Below, one piece after another: positions 1-7,806 of a DNA stretch of 46,527 nt. This DNA is from an uncultured Staphylococcaceae bacterium (GTDB lineage: Bacteria > Bacillota_I > Bacilli_A > ML615J-28 > CAG-313). The DNA is taken from assembly GCA_964474685.1 (NCBI GenBank), contig CAYYTE010000003.1, forward strand, positions 1-46,527, given 5' to 3'. Position 1 is the first letter of the stretch. Each line of letters starts with the position of its first letter. The position numbers and the translations under genes were made by a program. Below the pieces are notes generated by a model. It searched no databases, was not told the origin of the DNA, and worked only from the letters and a program-made list of their open reading frames with translations.

Positions 1-94
1 TTTTCCGGTCTATTTCTGAAAGATGGGTATAAAAAAGAATGTTCCTTTTTGATTGTAATATTTCCATATTTGTAGTATTATAAATTAAACTCAT
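1..94 (-). CDS. 5' end of an unidentified CDS running off the left edge (partial)
   Basis: Minus-strand ATG at 94 sits about 9 nt after a GAAAGGA Shine-Dalgarno (104-110). The frame is open to position 1 (MSLIYNTTNMEILQSKRNILFYTHLSEIDRK...). Too short to identify. Confidence 0.3.
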   Translation of the reverse strand, partial: MSLIYNTTNMEILQSKRNILFYTHLSEIDRK

Positions 95-226
95 AAAAAT
101 ATATCCTTTCATTTTTCGTCAAAATAATGATAGCATATTTTTATGGGTTTTTCAACTTATTAGGTGTTGCACTTGAGTATTTAATTCAGGCTATATTGAA
201 AAAAATATAATAAATTTATATATTTG

Positions 227-255
227 TTGCAATTTTTCTAACGAAATGCTATAAT
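227..255 (+). promoter_or_regulatory. sigma-70-type promoter of the abiEi/abiEii pair
   Basis: TTGCAA (227-232), 17-nt spacer, TATAAT (250-255). The ORF-track ATG at 254 lies inside the -10 box, so ATG 281 is the likely real start. Confidence 0.6.
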
Positions 256-280
256 GTTAGTAGAAAAGGAACAAATTAAT

Positions 281-856
281 ATGAAGAATAAAATTTTATT
301 ACTCGCAAAAAATGGATATATCTTTTCAAAACAATTAAAAGAACAAAATATACCAAGTGTATATATTACAAGAATGGTCAAAGAAGGTAGTATTGTAAAA
401 GTTGCTCCAGGAATTTATATTAAAAATGATGTAATTGAAGACTTTTTTTATATTTACTCAATGCAATATAAGTCAATTGTATATGATGGGCAAACAGCAT
501 TGTATTTAAATAAATTGACAAATAGACAATTCAATGGATATCAAGTAATAGTTCCTTATGGATCTAAAGTTATTAATTATAAGTTTAAGGTTAGGACAAC
601 AAGGAATAAAATATTTTACGATACAGGAATTAGTAATATTGAAACACCTTATGGAAACATTGTAAAATGTTATGATAAGGAAAGATGTATTTGCAATTTG
701 TTTTTATATAATGATTTCGATGAAGAGGAAAAATCATATGCTATTAGAGAATATAAAAACAATTATTTAGATATTAAAAAACTATATGAATATGCAACTA
801 TATTAGGATGCATTGAAGAAATGAAGAATGTTTTTGAGGTAATTATATGGGAATAG
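281..856 (+). CDS. AbiEi-family (type IV TA) antitoxin, wHTH protein
   Basis: N-terminal motif LLLAKNGYIFSKQLKEQNIPSVYITRMVKEGSIVKVAPGIY is typical of the AbiEi_4 wHTH. Size is about 190 aa. AAAGGA lies 10 nt upstream of ATG 281. The stop overlaps the start of the AbiEii-like ORF by 10 nt. Confidence 0.7.
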   Translation: MKNKILLLAKNGYIFSKQLKEQNIPSVYITRMVKEGSIVKVAPGIYIKNDVIEDFFYIYSMQYKSIVYDGQTALYLNKLTNRQFNGYQVIVPYGSKVINYKFKVRTTRNKIFYDTGISNIETPYGNIVKCYDKERCICNLFLYNDFDEEEKSYAIREYKNNYLDIKKLYEYATILGCIEEMKNVFEVIIWE

Positions 857-2229
857 GCAAAACTAATGCAATGGTTAGAAAACTTGCAGAAATAACTAAT
901 ATAGAAACTCAAGTATTATGGGATATGTACTTTTTTGAACATTTCTTATATCGTTTAACACATAGTGGATATGAAAATAATTTTGTTTTTAAAGGAGGTT
1001 TTTTGTTACAAAGCATAATTGGATTTGAAAATAGATCAACGATGGATGTTGATTTAAAAGTGCAAAGCATAGAATTAAGTGATAATATAATAACAAAAAT
1101 ATTTACTGAGATTATAAATATTGATTGTGATGATGGGTTATCTTATAAAATATTAGGAATAGATACTATTGCCAAAGATAAAAGGTATGGTGGCAAATCC
1201 GTTAAAATTTTTGGGCAATATTATAATATAAAAAAAACATTTAATATTGATTTAGCAACTGGCGATGTTGTTACTCCTTTTCCGATTAGACTAAAATATT
1301 ATTCTAAAATAACAGATTTAGAATTTGAAATATTATCTTATTCAAAAGAAACAATATTAGCAGAAAAGTTTGAAACACTAGTTATTAAGGGTACTAATAA
1401 TTCACGTGTCAAAGATATATTAGATATTTATCTATTAGTAAAAAAAGGGTTTGATGAATTTATATTTAATTCTGCATTAATAAATACATTTTACAATAGA
1501 AATACAATTTTAAATAAAGATATTAAAAATGTAGTAAATGATGTTTTAAATTTTAATCGTATTATGCAATTGTATGATTTATATATGAAAAAACATACTT
1601 TCGCACAAAATATATCATTTGATGAATGTGTTAAAGGGATATATAAATTAATTGATTGTATAGAGTTTAATGAACCAATAAAACTATTAACAGATGTAAC
1701 TTTAGTTAGACATGGACAAGATGAACAAGACAAAGTTGGTGGATGGTCTGATAATCATTTAACAAATGAAGGAATTAAAGAAGTAGAAGAATTAATATAT
1801 AGTCTTGATAATGATTATGATTTAATTTTATCTAGTGATTCACTTAGAACTAAAGAAACAACGGAATTAATTAACAAGAAATTAAAAATAGATGTAGTAT
1901 TTTTAGAAACTTTAAGAGAAACAAATAATGGGAGTTTAAAGAATTTAACAAAAGAACAAGCAAAAGAAAAATTTCCTGGCTTATATTTTAACACATTGAA
2001 GATGGATGAAACATATCCTAATGGTGAAAGCCCCTTAATGTTTTATGAAAGAGTTAAAAATAGCTTTTTAGATATTAATAAGAAATATATAGGTAAGAAA
2101 GTATTAATCGTTACTCATGGTGGTGTTATTACTGTGATTATGTGTTTAATTAATGGTTTGATGTATTCAAATTTATTAAAAATTACTCCTAAAACTGGTT
2201 CTAAAATAATGTATTATTCTTGTATGTAA
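847..2229 (+). CDS. AbiEii/DUF1814 nucleotidyltransferase toxin fused to a C-terminal histidine phosphatase (PGAM-like) domain
   Basis: Residues 1 to ~275 carry the NTase motifs FKGGFLLQ...RSTMDVDL (D67, D69), AEKFETL and SRVKDILDIYLL. Residues ~284-460 (nt ~1696-2229) carry VTLVRHGQ (R288-H289), LSSDSLRTKETT, ETLRETNNGSLKNLT and LIVTHGGVI. It is one uninterrupted reading frame. Confidence 0.72.
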   Translation: MGIGKTNAMVRKLAEITNIETQVLWDMYFFEHFLYRLTHSGYENNFVFKGGFLLQSIIGFENRSTMDVDLKVQSIELSDNIITKIFTEIINIDCDDGLSYKILGIDTIAKDKRYGGKSVKIFGQYYNIKKTFNIDLATGDVVTPFPIRLKYYSKITDLEFEILSYSKETILAEKFETLVIKGTNNSRVKDILDIYLLVKKGFDEFIFNSALINTFYNRNTILNKDIKNVVNDVLNFNRIMQLYDLYMKKHTFAQNISFDECVKGIYKLIDCIEFNEPIKLLTDVTLVRHGQDEQDKVGGWSDNHLTNEGIKEVEELIYSLDNDYDLILSSDSLRTKETTELINKKLKIDVVFLETLRETNNGSLKNLTKEQAKEKFPGLYFNTLKMDETYPNGESPLMFYERVKNSFLDINKKYIGKKVLIVTHGGVITVIMCLINGLMYSNLLKITPKTGSKIMYYSCM

Positions 2230-2313
2230 TTATAAAGTTTCGGGTCCCTTCACCTTCACTATTAGAATGTGTTTATTACTGTTTTGATTTGCAGTTCAAA
2301 TATATTTATTCAA

Positions 2314-2340
2314 CTATTTTGGCAAAATAGCTTTTTATTT
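2314..2340 (+). terminator. weak intrinsic terminator candidate downstream of abiEii
   Basis: CTATTTT-ggc-AAAATAG 7-bp AT-rich stem followed by CTTTTTATTT. The stem is weak. Confidence 0.3.
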
Positions 2341-2604
2341 TCGGAAGTAATGTTAAAAAACATATATAGGATTGAAAAAAAAGAAATAAGAATATTGTCT
2401 GTTATTCTAATAAAGAATATTTTGTATCACTCAATTCAAGTATATTTTTTGGCTTTTTAAAGTAGTTGGGGTTTTTCGAAATTCCCCTATAAAGAAGATA
2501 GGGACACCCTTTCAACTTAATAGGTGAATATAAAATTCCAACTTCTTTATATATTCGTAAATTTTTTTTGATAACGTGTTCATTGTTATTTTTTTACTTA
2601 TGTG

Positions 2605-2633
2605 TTGAATTATCCTAGATATTTTGATATAAT
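2605..2633 (+). promoter_or_regulatory. sigma-70-type promoter of the lysine-riboswitch leader
   Basis: TTGAAT (2605-2610), 17-nt spacer, TATAAT (2628-2633). Confidence 0.6.
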
Positions 2634-2649
2634 TTAAGAGCAAATTAAG

Positions 2650-2815
2650 TTAATTAGAGGTTGCGGTGTAAAAGAGTAGATTTAGATTCAGCAGGCATGC
2701 ACGCTAAATTGAAAGGTAATCACCGCCGAACGGGTTTTTTAGGCATAGAAAACTCGTGGGGTTATAAGGAATACTTGTAACACTCCTACGAAAGTAGAGG
2801 CGCTAAGATAACCAT
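2650..2815 (+). promoter_or_regulatory. lysine riboswitch (L-box) aptamer
   Basis: Matches L-box landmarks recalled from the B. subtilis lysC leader: AGAGGTTGCG...AAGAGTAG near the 5' end, then TGAAAGGTAATCACCGCCGAACGGG (compare GAAAGGGGAGCGTCGCCGAAGC). The 3' segment GAGGCGCT can pair with the 5' half of the downstream terminator stem, acting as an antiterminator. Confidence 0.7.
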
Positions 2816-2843
2816 TTTTATTTTTTAAATGAAGTGAGTTAGT

Positions 2844-2867
2844 AAAGCGCCTAAGGCGCTTTTTTTG
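2844..2867 (+). terminator. riboswitch expression-platform terminator
   Basis: AAAGCGCC-taa-GGCGCTTT stem followed by a T6 run, immediately upstream of the transporter RBS. Confidence 0.75.
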
Positions 2868-2894
2868 TTAATTAAAATCAAAGGAGAAAGAAAA

Positions 2895-3725
2895 ATGAGA
2901 AAGATTTTATTAACAGGGATGTTATTATTTGTAGCCTTAGGTTTGACGAGTTGTAAAAAGATTCAATTTGATGAATCTTCCAATACACTTGTTGTTGGAA
3001 TGGAATGTTGTTATGAACCATATAATTGGACTGAAAATGTTCAATCAAGTACCAATGTAGCTATATCAAATCAAACCGGGCATTATGCGGAAGGGTATGA
3101 TATTGCTATGGCAAAAAGGCTTTGTGAAAGTATGGGGTATAAATTAGAGATACAAGCTTTTAGTTGGGAAGGATTGGTACCAGCTTTATTAACTGGAAAG
3201 ATTGATGCAATAATTGCGGGGATGAGTCCAACGGAAAAAAGAAAAGAAACAATTGCTTTTACAGATGAATATTGGCATTCAGTTGAAGTGCTTCTTGTAA
3301 AAAAAGATGGTGCTTATAGTGATGCAAAGAAGTTTAGTGATTTAGATGGAGCAAAAGTGATAGGACAAAAAGGGACTCTTTATGAGACACTTGCTAACCA
3401 AGTTCATCAAAAGAATTCATCAACAACAGTTATTAATGCTTTAGATACTATGTCTGAAATAATGGTTGCTATGGCAAGCGGTAAAGTTGATATTACCGTT
3501 GTTGAGGAACCGGTTGCTAAAAGTGTTGTTGCTAGTAATTCAAATTACACTTATGTTGTACTAGATGAGAACTTTGATGTGGATGAAAGTGATGTAATGG
3601 TTTCAATTGGACTTCGATTAATTGATACAACATTATGTAATAAACTTAATGAAGCTTTAAAAAAGATTTCTCTTGCAGAAAGAGAAGAGTTAATGCAAAA
3701 GGCGGTTAGTCATAGTGGAAATTAA
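2895..3725 (+). CDS. polar amino-acid ABC transporter substrate-binding lipoprotein
   Basis: AAGGAGA RBS precedes ATG 2895. Lipoprotein signal MRKILLTGMLLFVALGLTSC. PBPb-type motifs (GLVPALLTGKIDAIIAGMSPT). The ORF-track TTG at 2865 lies inside the terminator T-run. Confidence 0.8.
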   Translation: MRKILLTGMLLFVALGLTSCKKIQFDESSNTLVVGMECCYEPYNWTENVQSSTNVAISNQTGHYAEGYDIAMAKRLCESMGYKLEIQAFSWEGLVPALLTGKIDAIIAGMSPTEKRKETIAFTDEYWHSVEVLLVKKDGAYSDAKKFSDLDGAKVIGQKGTLYETLANQVHQKNSSTTVINALDTMSEIMVAMASGKVDITVVEEPVAKSVVASNSNYTYVVLDENFDVDESDVMVSIGLRLIDTTLCNKLNEALKKISLAEREELMQKAVSHSGN

Positions 3726-4452
3726 CTTTTTAGGTTTTTTTAAGAATATTCAAAATATATTTTCAGATTGGTGGCTTACAATCTTAAAAGGAATAGGGGT
3801 TACTTTACTTTTATCAATCATTGGAACGTTGATTGGGCTTCTTATTTCGTTACCATTTGGAATTATGAGAATCAGTAAAACCGAGTCTTATGATACAAAA
3901 ACGTCAAAATTTCTTAAAAGATTTGGAAATTCACTTGTGAAAGCATATGTTACTTTCTTTCGTGGTACTCCGATGATGGTTCAAGCAATGCTTTTCTATT
4001 ATGGTTTTTCTTTACTTGGAGTTAATTGGTCTAGTTTTGTTGCGGCACTCTTTACTGTTTCTTTAAACACTGCCGCATATCTTACGGAGATTATACGTAG
4101 TGGATTACAATCGGTATCGGTGGGACAAAGTGAAGCATATTTAGCACTCGGAATGAAACCACGACAAGGACTTATGAATGTTTTATTTCCTCAGGCTTTA
4201 AAAACATCGATGGCTGCTATTGGTAATGAAATGATTATAAATATAAAAGATACTTCCGTATTCTGTTGTATAGGTGTTATGGACTTATATAATTCTACAA
4301 AAACTGCTGGAAATGATGGATTTCATTATGTTGAAACAATGGCGATTGCTGCAGTAATATATCTTATTCTCACGATGGTTACATCCAAGGTACTACAGAA
4401 AGTTGAATCCAGAATTGGGGCACCAACTAAAGATTTAACAAGTTGTAATTAG
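3715..4452 (+). CDS. polar amino-acid ABC transporter permease (His/Glu/Gln/Arg family)
   Basis: Multi-TM protein with an EAA-loop region, [28 protein letters not shown] start overlaps the stop of the binding-protein gene. Confidence 0.8.
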   Translation: MEINFLGFFKNIQNIFSDWWLTILKGIGVTLLLSIIGTLIGLLISLPFGIMRISKTESYDTKTSKFLKRFGNSLVKAYVTFFRGTPMMVQAMLFYYGFSLLGVNWSSFVAALFTVSLNTAAYLTEIIRSGLQSVSVGQSEAYLALGMKPRQGLMNVLFPQALKTSMAAIGNEMIINIKDTSVFCCIGVMDLYNSTKTAGNDGFHYVETMAIAAVIYLILTMVTSKVLQKVESRIGAPTKDLTSCN

Positions 4453-4460
4453 GAGGAGTT

Positions 4461-5195
4461 ATGAATTTAATTTTACAAGCAAAGAATATTTTTAAATCAT
4501 TTTCACAGAATCATCCTGTATTACAAGATATCTCTCTAGAGGTATGTTCCGGTGATGTTATTGCAATTATTGGACCTTCGGGAAGTGGTAAATCTACATT
4601 CTTACGTTCATTAAATGCTTTGACTATTCCTGATAGTGGTGAGGTGTTCTTTCATAATGAGAATATCTTTTTACATCCAAATAAATTTCATATTGTAAGG
4701 CAAAAAATTGGTATGGTGTTTCAGTCATTTAACCTTTTTGATAATTTGAATGTATTAGATAATTGTACATTAGCTTTACGAAAAGTAAATCATCTTAGTA
4801 GACAAGAAGCAAATGTTAAAGCTAAAAATAAATTAAAAGAAGTTGGTATGGATTCTTTTATTAAACAATCGGTTAAAAGTTTGTCCGGTGGACAAAAACA
4901 GCGGGTAGCAATAGCAAGAGCTTTAGCAATGGAACCAGAGGTATTATTATTCGATGAACCTACAAGCGCATTAGATCCGGAGATGGTAGATGAAGTATTA
5001 AATATTATGGCCGATTTAGCAAAAAAAGGAATGACAATGGTTGTAGTTACTCATGAGATGCGTTTTGCAAAAGGGGTATCAAATAAAACCGTGTTTATGG
5101 AAGAAGGTAAAATCGTAGAAAAGGGAGAAACGTCACTCATCTTCTCGAATCCGAAAGAGATTCGAACAAGAGAATTCTTGAAAAATTATATATAA
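4461..5195 (+). CDS. polar amino-acid ABC transporter ATP-binding protein (GlnQ-like)
   Basis: Walker [10 protein letters not shown], signature [15 protein letters not shown], Walker [13 protein letters not shown]-loop VTHEM. GGAGG RBS. Confidence 0.9.
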   Translation: MNLILQAKNIFKSFSQNHPVLQDISLEVCSGDVIAIIGPSGSGKSTFLRSLNALTIPDSGEVFFHNENIFLHPNKFHIVRQKIGMVFQSFNLFDNLNVLDNCTLALRKVNHLSRQEANVKAKNKLKEVGMDSFIKQSVKSLSGGQKQRVAIARALAMEPEVLLFDEPTSALDPEMVDEVLNIMADLAKKGMTMVVVTHEMRFAKGVSNKTVFMEEGKIVEKGETSLIFSNPKEIRTREFLKNYI

Positions 5196-5200
5196 TATTA

Positions 5201-5230
5201 AAAATAGAAGTAATTTACTTCTATTTTTTT
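5201..5230 (+). terminator. intrinsic terminator of the ABC importer operon
   Basis: ATAGAAGTA-att-TACTTCTAT stem followed by a T run. Confidence 0.7.
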
Positions 5231-5297
5231 AGAATTATTTAAGTAATTTTCTTATTTTACCAAATGAAGTACTTTTGAGATTAATAGAATGAATCCC

Positions 5298-5326
5298 TTG
5301 AAGTTTAATTAAAAAAATGATATAAT
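5298..5326 (+). promoter_or_regulatory. sigma-70-type promoter upstream of pgsA
   Basis: TTGAAG (5298-5303), 17-nt spacer ending in TGA, TATAAT (5321-5326). Confidence 0.55.
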
Positions 5327-5349
5327 AAAACCTATGAAGAGGTGTTGAA

Positions 5350-6018
5350 ATGAATTTACCAAATAAACTTACAATGGTTAGGCTAATACTTATTCCTATT
5401 ATAATGATTGTTTATGGTTCCTCGGAAGCATTACGTACTGCTCAAGTTTTTGGGAATTTATCTGTAGCTTGCTTTATTATTCTTATATTATTTTTCATAG
5501 GTGCTATGAGTGATTATTTTGATGGTAAGATTGCAAGGTCTAGAAATTTAGTAACGGATTTAGGAAAATTTCTTGATCCTTTAGCGGATAAACTTCTTGT
5601 TACGACATTATTGATAATTTTACTATTTCAAAGTATGTACAATCAACAAAAGTTACCAGGAACAGCAAATCTTGTTGAATGGTGGATGGTAGTTATTGTA
5701 ATTGCTAGGGAATTTGTAGTAACAGGCATTCGGTTAATTGCGGCAAATAAAAATCGTGTGATTGCAGCAAGCTGGTACGGGAAAATCAAAACTACTATAC
5801 AGTTTGTTACAATATTAGTTATATTGTTTAATGGAAGTGTTGTTACTACATCTACTGGGTATGTAGGACCTGCAACTTGGATTATTATATTAGATAAAAT
5901 CTTATTATATTTAATGATGGTTATCACAGTATTTAGTGGTGTTGATTATGTTTTAAAAAACAAAGACTTATTTAAAGAAGGGGACAAAAAGAAGTCTAAG
6001 GTTGTGACTAAGAAATAA
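5350..6018 (+). CDS. pgsA: CDP-diacylglycerol--glycerol-3-phosphate 3-phosphatidyltransferase
   Basis: CDP-alcohol phosphatidyltransferase motif [27 protein letters not shown]. Multi-TM protein. Its position upstream of recA is conserved in Firmicutes. Confidence 0.85.
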   Translation: MNLPNKLTMVRLILIPIIMIVYGSSEALRTAQVFGNLSVACFIILILFFIGAMSDYFDGKIARSRNLVTDLGKFLDPLADKLLVTTLLIILLFQSMYNQQKLPGTANLVEWWMVVIVIAREFVVTGIRLIAANKNRVIAASWYGKIKTTIQFVTILVILFNGSVVTTSTGYVGPATWIIILDKILLYLMMVITVFSGVDYVLKNKDLFKEGDKKKSKVVTKK

Positions 6019-6043
6019 TAATAGGGGGGTAAAGGAGATTATT

Positions 6044-7072
6044 ATGACAGAAGTTACTAAATTAAAAGAAGAAGCAGTGCCTGTTAAAGACACTGCAAAA
6101 GAAAGGGCATTACAAGATACTTTTAAGACGATTGAAAAAGCTTATGGAAAAGGCTCGATTATGCGTCTTGGAGATAATCCAATGGAAAAGATTGATATTA
6201 TTCCGTCGGGTTCTATTATGCTTGATGCCGCAATGGGAGTAGGTGGTTATCCTAAAGGAAGAATCATTGAAATTTATGGTCCAGAGTCAAGTGGTAAAAC
6301 TACATTTGCTTTACATGCTATTGCTGAAGCTCAAAAGAAGGGTGGCTATGCCGCATTCATTGATGCGGAACATGCTTTAGACCCAAAATATGCGAAAGCA
6401 TTAGGGGTGGATATTGATAATCTAATCTTATCACAACCAGATAATGGTGAACAAGCATTAGAAATTGTTGAAGCATTAGTAAGAAGTAACGCAATTGATA
6501 TTATTGTTATCGATAGTGTTGCTGCACTTGTACCGAAGGCTGAAATTGAGGGGGACATGGGCGATAGTCATGTTGGTCTTCAAGCGAGACTAATGAGTCA
6601 AGCTATGCGAAAGCTAGCAGGTGCTATTAGTAAAAGTAAAGCGGTAGCAATCTTTATTAATCAGATTCGTGAAAAAGTCGGAGTATTATTTGGAAGTCCT
6701 GAGACGACAAGTGGTGGTAGAGCGTTAAAATTTTATTCAACCATTCGACTTGATATTCGAAGAATTGATCAAATTAAAGATGGTACGAATCCAATTGGAA
6801 ACGTAACAAGGGTAAAAGTTGTTAAAAATAAGGTGGCACCGCCATTTAAAACAGCTGAAATAGATTTAATATTTGGGCAAGGAATTTCCCATGAAGGTGA
6901 AGTACTTGATCTTGCAGTTAATGAAGAAATCATTGATAAGAGTGGAGCTTGGTTTTCTTATAATGGTGAGCGAATTGGTCAAGGACGTGAAAATGTTAAG
7001 AAGTATTTAAAAGATAACAAGTCTATTTGTGAAGAAATAGAAACCAAAGTTAGAGCGAAGTTATTCGCATAG
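6044..7072 (+). CDS. recA: recombinase RecA
   Basis: GPESSGKTT Walker [11 protein letters not shown] and [11 protein letters not shown], with full-length RecA-like sequence. AAAGGAG RBS. Confidence 0.97.
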   Translation: MTEVTKLKEEAVPVKDTAKERALQDTFKTIEKAYGKGSIMRLGDNPMEKIDIIPSGSIMLDAAMGVGGYPKGRIIEIYGPESSGKTTFALHAIAEAQKKGGYAAFIDAEHALDPKYAKALGVDIDNLILSQPDNGEQALEIVEALVRSNAIDIIVIDSVAALVPKAEIEGDMGDSHVGLQARLMSQAMRKLAGAISKSKAVAIFINQIREKVGVLFGSPETTSGGRALKFYSTIRLDIRRIDQIKDGTNPIGNVTRVKVVKNKVAPPFKTAEIDLIFGQGISHEGEVLDLAVNEEIIDKSGAWFSYNGERIGQGRENVKKYLKDNKSICEEIETKVRAKLFA

Positions 7073-7098
7073 ATTTAATAATTTAGAGGAGATAGAAT

Positions 7099-7725
7099 AT
7101 GAGTAAAGTTGTAATTTTTAACCATCCATTGATGAGCCATAAGTTGGCACTTATTCGTGATGAAAAGACTAATACGAAAGATTTTCGTGAAACAGTAAGT
7201 GAAATTTCTAATTTAATGGCATACGAAGTAACGAGAGATTTACCTGTAGAAAAGATCCAAGTAAAAACCCCTTGTGGCGTAGCTGATTGTGCTACCCTTG
7301 CTTGTGATGTTGTTATTGTACCGGTATTAAGAGCGGGACTTGGAATGGTTGAAGGAATTCAATCTTTAATTCCTACTGCAAAGGTTGGTTATATAGGATT
7401 GTATCGTGATAAAAACACGAAGCTCCCACAACTTTATTATGCGAAATTTCCAGAAAATATTAGCAATGCTATGGTAATCTTATGTGATCCAATGCTTGCT
7501 ACAGGAGGATCTGCTGTAAAAGCAATTGATATCTTAAAAGAAAAAGGTGCTAAGAATATTAAATATATTGGCATCGTTGGTGTTGATGAAGGAATTAAGA
7601 ATATTGAAGACCATCACCCAGATGTAGATATTTATCTTGCTGCGCATGACCCTGAATTAAATGAAAACTGCTACATTGTTCCAGGTCTTGGAGATTGTGG
7701 CGATAGATTATTCGGAACGAAATAA
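7099..7725 (+). CDS. upp: uracil phosphoribosyltransferase
   Basis: PRPP-binding loop LCDPMLATGGS and C-terminal YIVPGLGDCGDRLFGTK. 208 aa. Confidence 0.95.
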   Translation: MSKVVIFNHPLMSHKLALIRDEKTNTKDFRETVSEISNLMAYEVTRDLPVEKIQVKTPCGVADCATLACDVVIVPVLRAGLGMVEGIQSLIPTAKVGYIGLYRDKNTKLPQLYYAKFPENISNAMVILCDPMLATGGSAVKAIDILKEKGAKNIKYIGIVGVDEGIKNIEDHHPDVDIYLAAHDPELNENCYIVPGLGDCGDRLFGTK

Positions 7726-7733
7726 TTATTACT

Positions 7734-7792
7734 AGTATTATTGCTTGATTGTTCAAACTCTTGTTTGCTATTAAGCGGTAATACTTTTTTTT
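7734..7792 (+). terminator. intrinsic terminator after upp
   Basis: 13-bp stem AGTATTATTGCTT/AAGCGGTAATACT (two G-U pairs) followed by a T8 run. Confidence 0.6.
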
Positions 7793-7806
7793 AGGAGTAG
7801 AGAAGT

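Noticed and set aside
254-280. ORF-track N-terminal extension of the AbiEi gene (ATG 254). Similar 5' extensions occur at 2865, 10991, 14459, 25044, 31564, 37235, 39953, 42016 and 45270.
   Set aside because: The extended starts lie inside promoters or terminator hairpins, or lack a Shine-Dalgarno. Downstream ATGs have good RBS spacing and give typical N-termini (signal peptides, conserved motifs).
1491-1733. Antisense or alternate-frame ORFs embedded in well-supported genes:
- 1491-1733
- 5643-5927
- 6346-6558
- 13064-13320
- 15216-15477
- 17816-18052
- 18252-18446
- 19202-19393
- 24344-24550
- 24580-24786
- 28533-28805
- 29598-30044
- 30731-31275
- 31664-31855
- 32645-32836
- 36847-37032
- 38221-38526
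- 42315-42506
- 44332-44556
   Set aside because: All lie wholly inside longer genes that have clear family motifs. They have low-complexity or odd composition and no RBS. This is typical of chance open frames in AT-rich DNA.
2269-2460. 63-aa ORF downstream of abiEii.
   Set aside because: It has no RBS and a hydrophobic low-complexity product typical of AT-rich non-coding DNA. It also spans a terminator-like hairpin. It is more likely non-coding filler within the inserted cassette.
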